Assembly: GCA_008632985.1 (NCBI GenBank)
Contig: QPGO01000162.1
Span: forward strand, 124,001 to 167,570
From: Psammoneis japonica
Lineage: Eukaryota
Direction: 5' to 3'
DNA length: 43,570 nt
In this document: positions 25,173 through 35,222 of the stretch, in pieces
Layout: each line of letters begins with the position of its first letter
Numbering within the stretch: position 1 is the first letter of the stretch
Made by a program: the position numbers and the translations under genes
Notes under the pieces: generated by a model
Seen by the model: the letters and a program-made list of their open reading frames with translations, nothing else
Told to the model about the DNA's origin: nothing
Databases searched by the model: none

Positions 25173-26600
25173 TCATTCCTCGGACTCGTGATCCTCGATG
25201 ATTGAGGCCAGAGCGTTGGCATGGGAAACTTTCTTGTTGGAGTCTTTCGTTCCGCTTTCGGATTCTTGAGCTCTGCAAAGTTGACAACCTTTGTCTCCCG
25301 GATCATCAGGTGAGTGAGCTGCCCAAGCAGAGTGGTGCTTGCACCAACAACATTCTCTTCCCTTCTGACTCTTGTGATGATGCTTGTGCCCATTGACAGT
25401 CTTCGTAGGATCACTGTCCTTTGGCGGAGTCTTCTTCCAGGCTTCATCCTGTTTCTTGGCGCGCTTTGGGTTCTTGCTCTTGTTCTTGGAGCTCTTGCTG
25501 CCACCTCCCTTGGACTTGCTGGGACCACTCTTGAGAGCCTTGGAGAGCTTGAGGTTGTGATCCTTGATGGTCTCGACTTCCGTGGTAAGTGCGACAATCC
25601 TTTCCTGCTCAGGAGAGAGTGCTCCCCACTTGTCTGCTCGATCGAGGTTCGTGCACTTGTTGAGTGCTAGCTGCATGACTCGTTCCGGAGTGCAGTCCTC
25701 ACCGTCGTCGCACTTCTGTTCTATGTCAGCCATGCACTTGACGAATGCTTGATCGCTGGCTGCTGCGCATCCTTTGAATGGATTGACCACAAGGTCATTG
25801 CAGCCTTCTCCCCCAGCTCTGAGTCCGTCATGGTTGAGTTTGACGTGCTTGTTGAACTCCTTGATGTTTGAGTTGCAGGTCGACATGCATGAGTCAAGGC
25901 TGGACAAGTTCTTGCGGAAGCAGTTCGCGGTTGAGCGAGCATCCACAATGGCCTTCTGAGTGAGTAGTTTGAAGAACAGTGCACCGACTTGTGCTCCATT
26001 GATCTTGCATTGCTCACTTTCGGCGATGATCTTGTCTCTAGCTTCCACAGTTAGGGTCTGAGAGATCGCCTCAGCCATTTGGACTTGGTTCTGGGCTTGC
26101 CTTGACTGAGCAGCCATGCAGGCAGTAGCGTGGTCGCGCACGTTTTGTGCGGCAAGTCTGCCATGCTCGGTGATCAAGTCTCGAGCGATTCCATTGCTGT
26201 CAGGGATCGACATGATGTTTCCCGTTCCTGACTTCCATCCTGACTCTGCTGCTCATTCGTTGAGAACTTCACAGAATTTGTTGAGACCTTCAGAGTCTCT
26301 GTTGAACTCGTGAGGCAGTGGAGCCGCAGCAGCATTCCAGAGCTTGAGACCTTGCGAGGTGCCGCAGTCCATCCAGTTGTTTGGATGGTGCTGACCAGAG
26401 GTCAATGCGAACATGGGTCCTGCAGCAGGTGCTGCAGGAGGAACCGGAGGCACTGGAGGTGCTGGAGGTGCACCTCCTCCACCACCACCTCCTGGAGGGA
26501 CTGGTGGAACCGGTGGAACTGGCGGTGCTGGCACAGGTGCACCTGCCGGAGCGGCAGCAGGAGCTGCAGCAGGAGCTCAAGTCGCAGCAGACGAGGTGCG
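25173..26600 (-). pseudogene. Copia 1 gag with Pro/Gly-rich N-terminus
   Basis: ORFs 26253-26534 and 25173-26213; Lys-rich region, WCKHH..W..H motif and acidic tail; located between the 5' LTR and pol. Confidence 0.85.
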
Positions 26601-26684
26601 GGTGGTTGCCATTGTTGGATGGTTTGGGTCTCGATCAATGGCTGGCTTGAAATCGAAGTTGCGAAGCAGGTCGCAGAGGAAGCG

Positions 26685-27041
26685 CGTGGGATTCTACCTG
26701 GGATGCAGGTCCCATCTGTAGAGTGCACTGCTGACAATCAGCACAAGGTGCTAAAAGCCAGCAAAATGGCAATGAGTTGTCTTGCTGACTCGTGCTCAGT
26801 TGAAATTGTGGGCCAAAACCAATCTAAAAGTGAATCTCTCGTTTTGTGATCCGAAAGATCTTGGACAATGCCACATCAGAAAATGGACATTCTTCGAATG
26901 TCACTCACGTAGAATGTGGACTGAGAGTCACGGCGCAAGTTTGTCACTTGAATTGTCCTCTCCGATGTCCAACTCAGCTGCATGGAAATTCTAAGAAGAT
27001 TGGACGTCCTGAGATGTCCACAGTCATGCTAAATTGTCACA
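26685..27041 (-). repeat. Copia 1 5' LTR (TpA-mutated copy)
   Basis: About 30 substitutions versus the 3' LTR, 21 of them TA->TG/CA. Confidence 0.97.
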
Positions 27042-27118
27042 CACAACACTGTCATTTCTGAGTTCAAGGGACTTCATAGAACTCTCTAGTTGCAGTTTTG
27101 ATGTCATTGGAGTTGCTG

Positions 27119-27480
27119 GAACCAAAGGGGTGAAGTGGCGTTGTTGGTCAAGGCATGGCTTGAGGTGCTTGCGCTTCTTCTCCTTTTCGTGGGCTTCTGG
27201 GACTTTTTCTGGATCTTTCAAGCAATGCAATTTTGCATCCGTGTCTGTGACTCGGACGTCGAAGATGGCATCAGTCGACCTTTGCCACCAACCTTGCACC
27301 AAAATGTCACCTCGGTCACCGTCTTTAGACTTGTGAAGATTTGCAGAGACGTTGGCTTGCTCATTCTTTCCAGTGTCATCCGTTGAGCTCCTTGAGTCGC
27401 GGCCAGGGCCAACTGAAGGTTCGTCACGCACTGAAGAGGGCTTGGTGGATTTGCTGAAGAGATCAGCTGGCTCGTCTCTG
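27119..27480 (-). mobile_element. CRE-like non-LTR retrotransposon, 3' part (restriction-like endonuclease), truncated
   Basis: EIRDE...RGDILVQGWW..DAIFDVRVTD..EKEKKRKH..C...RHFTPLV. Continues RHDE|IRDE from 35223 once Copia 2 is removed. Confidence 0.85.
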
Positions 27481-27547
27481 ATTTCTGTCAGCCTGTCTAT
27501 CTGCACATCGTGTGATGGACAGACTGGACACGGATGATGGCCAGACC

Positions 27548-28101
27548 GACGTGTTCCAGCCGCACGTGAACCAAATCGTGCACAAAAACGACATTTGCGC
27601 GATTTTTGCGCGGTCCCTAACTTACGATCGAACTTTCACAACCAAAAGTATAGATTTATACAAATATAAATGTTTTGCAACACTAACAAGACTCGTGTGA
27701 GTGTTGCAATATCATTGTTATTGTGCTATCTATGTTTTTCATTGCGTTAAAAGATTCGTAACACAACGGATGATTTTCGGCGAAAATGTTGCCGTTATTT
27801 GGATGTTACCTAAATATATCTTTCTACGATGCTAATTGGTAGGTTTTCTACCTACGAAAAAATCTCAGTATAAATCTACTGACGTACAATCAGTATTGAG
27901 TCTACTGAGGAAGTTTATGATATATATCCCATGAGGATTTGAATACCCCTCAAAAAACTATTTAAATGTTCATACTCTGGAAGCCTATAAAAGTCAATCC
28001 GTCTAAGTATTTTTATGAAAATGCTATATACACTAAAATATACATAAATTATATTCAAAATCCGATTGTCGTTTTGTGCGTCACCTGGGACTGAACACAC
28101 C
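27548..28101. mobile_element. 554-bp AT-rich MITE-like insertion in the Copia 2 5' LTR
   Basis: Absent from the 3' LTR. Flanked by a GACC duplication (27544-27547, 28102-28105). Imperfect inverted ends gacgtgttc / gaacacacc and subterminal gcacaaaaacgaca / tgtcgttttgtgc. Confidence 0.88.
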
Positions 28102-28415
28102 GACCATTTAGATGGACGAGCAGATCTCTCTGAGATCTGCTTCTCACTCTTTTCTTGCTGGCACTCATGTTGTCACAGTCCTGGTACTTTGGGGAGTCTT
28201 TCACATCATTGTCGCCTCTCACCTTCAGTGTTCTGTCAGGTTGTGGCCACACGCTGTGCCACAAACCTCTGCGCCAAGCTTTCTGTTGCGACTCATCTGT
28301 TTTGTGAGCCGATCGAGCAAGCCTCATTGTCTGATCTGACAATTTTTTTCTCGCTTTCCCGGCATTTTTCACGACTGTAGAAACATGCCAGATTTCTGCG
28401 TGTGCATGACCAAAA

Positions 28416-30460
28416 ATGCCCTCACCAAGTGAAACCATGGCGTCTCCAGACCTTTCAAAGGCCGATCCGTCATCCATTGCAGAGATCCATTGTGAACTCC
28501 AAGAACATGCAACGATGCCTCATTTCCACACAACTTTGAACAAGACACATGCGGACTCCACATTTGATCTGGACTCGTCCTTTGACGATCCAGAGCGTGC
28601 TCAACCGAAGAAAGATTTTGTTGACACATTTCAAGATCATCTCGTCAACACGGCGTTCCCACCTTGCACGGTTCATCCTGTGGACACACAGCCTGTCAAG
28701 ACGATTGTGGACGACGCTGTGTTCCGCGTTGTTGACTCTGCCAGGCCTCGTGCGATCCGCATGATGCCCGCATCTCTCTTGTCGATCATCAAGACCAATC
28801 TCCGCAACCATGATCAAATCACATGTGTCATCATCTCTGCACACCACATTGACGTTGACCCAAACATGAAATGGAACCATGAGGATTGGAAAGAGTTCTC
28901 TCTCACACCCCACCCCCAGAACCCACAGCCCACACCTTCATCTACGACTGGTTCAGGACCCACCACAGTTGGCATGAATGACTTGATCACTGCCCTCAAT
29001 GAGTTTGCGTCGAGCCACGCTCCGCCTTCTCCAGCTTCTGCCAAACCGCCTGGAAGTGCCGCATCTTCCGTTGCATCGAAGTGCCTCTTCAATCCGAGCA
29101 CACTGCCTGCAGATGTTCGTGAACGCCACGACCGCAAAGAAGCCGGTGAAGTGACCCTGAAGAGCTCTCTCGTTCATTGTGATCATGGATTCCGTCATCA
29201 CATTGATGCATCTGATCGTGTCATTCTCAATGATGGCACTCTCTTCATCATGAGCTCGACTCCTGATCAGAAAATGCTGTTCAGGGAACCTCCAATGTGT
29301 CATGATGACTCTCCCCCTGGGATGCGTGCATGGTGTCAAAATTTCCAACGTCATGCCTTTGATTCAGGATGCCACATGCATCCCTTGTGGTGTTTTGCTA
29401 AAGACCACGGTGGTGAGAAGGGTTTCGAGATCGGAAACGGCAAGGACGATGACTTGCCTCAACACATGCACATCCACTGCAAGGAAGCTCAAAGCTCTCT
29501 CCACAAGATCCCATCCAAGTTGGATGTGTTCCCCAAGAACAGCAAACATCATCAGATTGTTGCATCATGCTGTGGCAACGGGTGCAAGGCTCTCAAACAG
29601 ATTGTCTGCGAGAATCATCCTGCTTTTGACCACGACGCTGCTGGACTAGTTGACTCCCATCCTGTCCAGGGCAATTGATCATTGACAGATTGTCACATGA
29701 TCTTCAATGATTTCCTGCAGCCACGTGCCTGCATCTTTGACACAGACTCTACGTTGGATGATTCACGAGAGATGACTGTTTTCATCAAGAACACCAAGCA
29801 TTCCAAGTTCTTGTCTCGTGCCACCAGAGATGAACAAAGTCTCCAGCCATGCTCAAGAAGTGTGCACAGATTGTTGAGACTCTCTCTGATTTCCCCCACC
29901 AACCGGATGGCCCATCCCTCACCACTCGTGCCACACCATCCAATCCCCACCGTGAATGGACTCGAACACCTGAGGATGCACGACGCACGGCTGTTGATGT
30001 CAATGCTCTCAAGGTCCCTGAAATCCCTCCTTTTGAACCAGTCAATGACACTCCTCCTGATGACACTGTCACAGAATCTCCACCTCCAGATGCCTTTGAT
30101 GCTTTTTGTGATGAATTGCATGAACTTGAGATCCCTTCTGCGGACAAAGATCAACTTCTCCGACATGCACACTCGGCTTTAGTTTACAAACTGAAAGTCA
30201 CTCCGAATGAAGCCTCCAAGAAACCATGTCTCATCTGCTCCGGCGAACATTCATTCGATGGCTGTCCAGTCTTGCAGAACAACCCATGCATCAAAGGATT
30301 TCACATCCAATTTTGTCAATTTTTGAAGAGGGAAGCAGCCATGCGTGCTTCTAAGTTCCAAGGACCCCAAGGTCTGCTCCCACCTCATCATGAAAACCCT
30401 GCAATTCCTCCTGCATCTGGTGCTCCGCCATCGGATTTTCAATTGGGCCGTCGCAGCTAG
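28416..30460 (+). pseudogene. Copia 2 gag
   Basis: ORFs 28416-29678 and 29849-30460; CLICSGEHSFDGC zinc knuckle; ends SDFQLGRRS*. Confidence 0.85.
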
Positions 30461-30482
30461 TTTCAGATCTCCGACGCTGCCC
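30433..30482 (+). promoter_or_regulatory. Putative -1 ribosomal frameshift signal at the gag-pol junction
   Basis: G GAT TTT heptamer in the gag frame, 5-nt spacer, stem GGGCCGTCG / CGACG(CT)GCCC. The -1 frame is open into the pol ORF at 30502. Confidence 0.7.
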
Positions 30483-30501
30483 ATTTTCTCCTCACCGAGA
30501 C

Positions 30502-33500
30502 ATGACCAATGTCAGCGGGATGACAATGAAAGAGGGGCTGACCGTCTCGTCATCTGCCGCTGCAATGCCTCTTTCTTCGCAGATTGACATGGATGCCACC
30601 CCTTCCACTGCCACGAAGGCATCATTTGATGCCAGCAAGTTGCCAGATGATGACCCTGCTCCTCTGGAGGACACCATCGATGCTGCTCCTGCTCCGGATT
30701 CTTTGGAACAGGGGAGGGAAGACCCAGAAACACCGGATTTTGAGGAGCACATTGACCTCACCTACAATGACATGGCTGTTGAGGATGGCTTTGCTGCTGT
30801 CAACTCTGTTTGTGTTGCTCCAATTGATCCATGCCAAGCCACTCACTCTCCTGAACCGGAATTGCTGCGCTCCACTTGTTCTGTCAACGGGGTCAACTTT
30901 GCTCCGAATGAACCTTGTGCTCAGTTGGATGCTGGCGCTGACACAGCATGTGCAGGCGACTGTGAACTTCTTCATCGATGTCAAGAATTTACTCCATCCC
31001 ATCCCTGCCCTCTTGCCGTCAATCTGGCACTTGGCCATCATGCTGTCCCAGTTGGATTCGGATGCCTCCGCATTCCCGCAGAGAACTCCAACGGATGTGT
31101 TGAGGTCTGCACCTGTTGCCACCCGCAGATCCGATCTACGTCAGTCGATGAGCACCCACTGCTTTGCCAGAATGGCACTCATCACGCCGATTGCAATGTC
31201 GACTGTGTGCTGAAGTTCCATGATCTTGGCACCTGCAAGTTTGTTGCACGACGCTGATTGCGCAAGAATCAGGACATCATCACACATGGGAAGCTGATCA
31301 ATGGCAAATGCTGTGCTCACCCTCTCATCCTCCCTGACTCTCACATTGAATTGGATGCATCTGTCGAGTGCCTCAAGAACAGTGACCCTTCTTTTGCCAA
31401 TGAGTGTGAAGGGGTCTCTGCGCACATGATTGAAACATGCAGCACGCACCAACATGAAGCTCTTTGTAACGAACGGAATTTGATTCCCCGAGTCTGTCAA
31501 GATGTTCCTTTTGAGGATTGTGCCGAGAAGAACATTCCTGTCCAGTCTCTCAAGGCCGACACGGAACGCGTTTTATGGCATCAGAGACTTGGTCATCCGA
31601 GTGACCGCTGCCTGTGTCATGCCCATGAACACGTGGACGGTGTCCCCAAGTTTGCCCACGGCACTTCTCCTCTCAACACTTGCCCTGCATGTGTGCGCGC
31701 TAAGCAGACAAAGGAACCTGCAGGTCCAAACACTGCTCTCACTGCCACCCAACCCTGCCAAGGCCTCACGGTTGATTTTTTGTTCTCTGGATTGCGATCC
31801 AAGAACTCGGAGTGCACCAAGGACTGCATTGGGTTGAATGGCAAGACTTGTTGGATCACTGTTTGTGATCATAAAACAAAGCGTCTCCATGGTGCGACTC
31901 GTGTTTCCAAGGCAACTCCTTTGAATTGGCTTTGACACTTTCTGGAAGAGCACTCGCCAAAATGTCCAGATGAGCATGTGTTCATGGATCAAGGAGGTGA
32001 ATTGCATCAGAATCCGGAGGTCCGACAACTTTTCGAGGATGACTTTCACTGCGCAATTCATCCCACGGGAAAAGATGCTTTGAATCAGAGTGGCCCAGTG
32101 GAACACAGTCATTTGTCTGTCGCCAATGCCATTCGGGCGATGCCAGTTGGTGCTGACTCACCCATGAAATTCTGGCCCTGTGCTTTCCATCATTTCATTC
32201 ACATCAACAATGCTGTGCCATCCTGTGGACAAGCTGCTGCTCTGATTGCTCTCGCTGCTGGTCGCAAGGATGATTTCAAGAACTTTCACACATTTGGTTG
32301 CCGTGTTTGGGTGCATGCTTCGAATCACCGCCCAGCGAAGTTTTGGTCTATCTCTTGCAAGGGCATTTTCTTGGGCTGCCTTCCGGACACTGCCAAGAAC
32401 ATCCTGTGGCATGACACCGAGTCATTGCGTGTCAAACTTGCCAAGCATGTCCATTGTGATGAGGGGATGAATGATCTCCCCCGAGACTCCATTCCCCCGA
32501 ATGTGGTTCACTTGGAGCGTGCTCAAGATGGCAAGGCTCCACCTGCCGACACTGACAAATCTACGATGGATGAGTTTCACTTCCATGGCAATCCTTTTGC
32601 AAAGACCATCACGCGCACAATGAAGGGCCCATTTGCTGATCCTGCATTTGGAACGTCATTGGCTGCAGATGATCTCTATCGGCAAGTGTTTGTCTTGGAC
32701 ATTGAACATGGCTCTCCTGCTGCGCGTCTTTTCTCTTCTTTGAAAGCAACCCGTGAGAAGATCAAGGGTGAGTGTGTTGCATCAATTGATGATCAGCCTG
32801 TCTTTGCGGCGGAGGAGGCCATCAAGCATCTTCAACAAGTGTGTGATTCTGGCAAGACTCATTTTGAAATCGAATTCGTGCCAGGACGTCACCTGGACTC
32901 CCAGGCTCTACAACGTGCTTTGATGGAACACAATGTCTGTGCACCGACCCCTGATCCTGATGATGAACATGTCCTGGAGACAACCAATGCTGACATGCGC
33001 GCCATTGCCACCATGTGCCATCCTGATGTTGATTTTTCCAAGATGGACAATGATGACGTTCCTCCGCTGTTTTCCATCGACCATGACAATGGTGTGGTTT
33101 CTATCTGTGCTGTTTCATCTCATGCTGTTGCTCCAGAGGAACAGGCATTGGGCACTTTCACTTGCCATTGCCTCAAGAAGCTGGGTGCGTGGCCCGAATG
33201 GCACGCTGGTGAACTCAAGCAACTTGATCAATTTCATGAGTTAGGAATGTTTGGTGCCCTGATTAAACGTCCAAAGGATGCCATTGTACTTCGTCCACAT
33301 TGACAATGTGACCTCAAGCATGATGGCACACGACGATCTCGACAATGCTGCGATGGATCTCCCTGTGCTGCCTCGATTCTCCATTTGACTTCACTTGACC
33401 TGCTCCTCTTGTGTGGAACAACCCATCCAACGAATGTTCTTTGCCCTTGCTGCAACAATGAGCTGCCCTGTCTTTGGTGGTGATGCCTGTGATGCCTGTG

Positions 33501-34844
33501 CACATTCTCTGATGCATGTGCGACTTGGTGCATGGCTTGGTTTGGCATTGAATTGGACAGGAGCATGGTGCTTCCAATGCAACATGCACTTCAAGGACAC
33601 CCGGAAGCTGGTGTTCTATGAGAGACGCATGTCAACGGCATCTTGTCTGATGTGAATCTGCTTTTTCGCAATGCTGCTCATGACAAATGCATCCACTCCG
33701 CTGCTTTTGAAGGACATGAGATGCTGCTCCTTTGTCAGGTTGATGATTTCTCCCTTGTGTGTCCTGAAGAGTCCCTTGCAATCCAAATCTACGACAAAAT
33801 TGGCAAAGCTCTTCAACTGGAGTTGCAACTTCTCCGCCCTTCAAGCATCTTGGTGTGATTGCAGAGTTCAATGGTGTGGACATTCATCAATGTGATGACT
33901 CCATTGGTGTTGCTGTTCACAGTCATGTTGATCGGGTTTGCACCTTGCATGGATGGTTGACACTGACAGATGAGGAACTCAACGATGACTGCAAGGCTGT
34001 GCCAATCCCGGTCGACTCTGTTCAAGAACTGCACACTGCCATTGGTCCAGCTGAAGGAACCCCGGAGCATGCGGAGTTGCAACAGGCTGTTGGATTTGGT
34101 TGTTGCACTTCACTTGGTGAATTGTTGCATGCGCATGTTGTCTGCCGATTGGATGTTGGACATGCCATCACCACCCACTCCAAGTTCTCTGCTTGCCCTG
34201 TGATGGTTCACCATGCTGCGCTCAAGGGTGTCTGCAAGTGCCTTCGACGTGCCAAGCAAAGGGAACTGAACCACAAGAAGCCCAATTGAGACTCGCGATT
34301 GCCTGCCTGCCCTTTTGAACGTCTCACTCCGGACCCGACCCTGCCGTCGTTCCCTTTCCCCGAGCATGATCATCAACTCATTGCCTTTTTGGATGCCGCA
34401 TGTGGTGATGATCTTCATAACCATCGCTCTACGACCGGACATGCATGCATGTTAGCCGGAGCTGCTGTGTCTTTCCAGTGCAAGACTCAATCGGTGACAG
34501 CTGCGAGTTCAACGGAAGCGGAATTCTGCACTGCTGGCACTGCTGCCAAGCATGTCCTTTGCCTTCGTCACATCCCACATGACCCGGGCTTCTCTCAGAC
34601 AAAGCCAACCCCGTCACACATTGACAACGAATCGGCGATCAAGATCATCAAAAATTCGATCCCGACCAAGCGCTCCCGTCACATTGAAATCCAGTTTTTT
34701 GCGATCCAAGAATGGAAGGAAGTGGGCAAGATTGTCACAAGACACATCCCTGGCATTGTCAACCCCAGCGATGACCTCACCAAGGCCCTTGGCTGGGCAC
34801 TGCATGCTCACCACGCTCGACACATGATGGGACACTGCTGTTGA
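30502..34844 (+). pseudogene. Copia 2 pol (PR-IN-RT-RNase H), broken
   Basis: ORF pieces 30502-31257, 31258-31935, 31978-33303, 33855-34289 and 34299-34844 carry Copia motifs. Confidence 0.92.
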
Positions 34845-35022
34845 TGTTTTTTTCCGCGGTGGCTCCCCTGCTGCGCATTGCCCTCCTTGTTTGATTGCAC
34901 ATTGAGCAGGGACACTCATTGTGTCGTGTGTCTGGTCTCTCTGTTTTTTTCTCACATCATCCCTGTTCTTTGGTTTGATCTGCACTGTTCTCTATGATGA
35001 GTCATCACAGATCAGGGGAGGG

Positions 35023-35217
35023 TGTCAGCCTGTCCATCTGCATGTCGCATGATGGACAGACTGGATGCAGATGATGGCCAGACCATTTGGACAGACGAGC
35101 AGATCTCTCTGAGATCTGCTTCTCACTCCTTTCTTGCTGGTGCTCGTGTTGTCACAGTCCTGGCACTTTGGGGAGTCTTTCATGTCATTGTCGCCTCTCA
35201 CCTTCGGCATTCTGTCA
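35023..35217 (+). repeat. Copia 2 3' LTR
   Basis: TG...CA ends, preceded by the PPT and followed by the TSD. Confidence 0.95.
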
Positions 35218-35222
35218 ATTTC

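Larger units (their letters stand above)
20543..27041 (-). mobile_element. Full-length Ty1/Copia (CoDi-like) LTR retrotransposon 1, inactivated
   Basis: 357-bp LTRs at 20543-20899 and 26685-27041. TSD CACAA at 20538-20542 and 27042-27046. PPT AAAAGGAG at 20907-20900. Order gag-PR-IN-RT-RH: WHCRLRH, SADQLES, LCGQKQAGR, CVDD, SRTG, EAE, EDNSG, ADMETKP. Confidence 0.97.
27486..35217 (+). mobile_element. Ty1/Copia (CoDi-like) LTR retrotransposon 2, inactivated, inserted in the CRE-like element
   Basis: 195-bp LTRs (27486-28238 minus the insert; 35023-35217). TSD ATTTC at 27481-27485 and 35218-35222. PBS-like GGTTGTGG at 28239 (compare Copia GGTTATGG). PPT AGGGGAGGG at 35014-35022. Motifs LDAGA, LWHQRLGH, DQGGE, QVDD, SSTEAE, DNESA, DDLTK. 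The RT region appears internally deleted near 33.5 kb. Confidence 0.97.

Noticed and set aside
26660..26684. Self-priming or unusual primer site for Copia 1 (no TGG-type PBS after the 5' LTR)
   Set aside because: I found no complementary sequence in the LTR and cannot test tRNA matches. Too little evidence to claim a mechanism.
20943..34844. Ordinary 5mCpG deamination as the sole explanation of TG/CA richness
   Set aside because: Only 3 of about 30 LTR differences are CG->TG/CA, many CpG survive in both Copia elements, and CpG decay cannot convert Tyr codons.
20943..34844. ADAR-type RNA editing or RT error before integration
   Set aside because: Changes are balanced between strands (11 versus 10) and differ between the two LTRs of one insertion.
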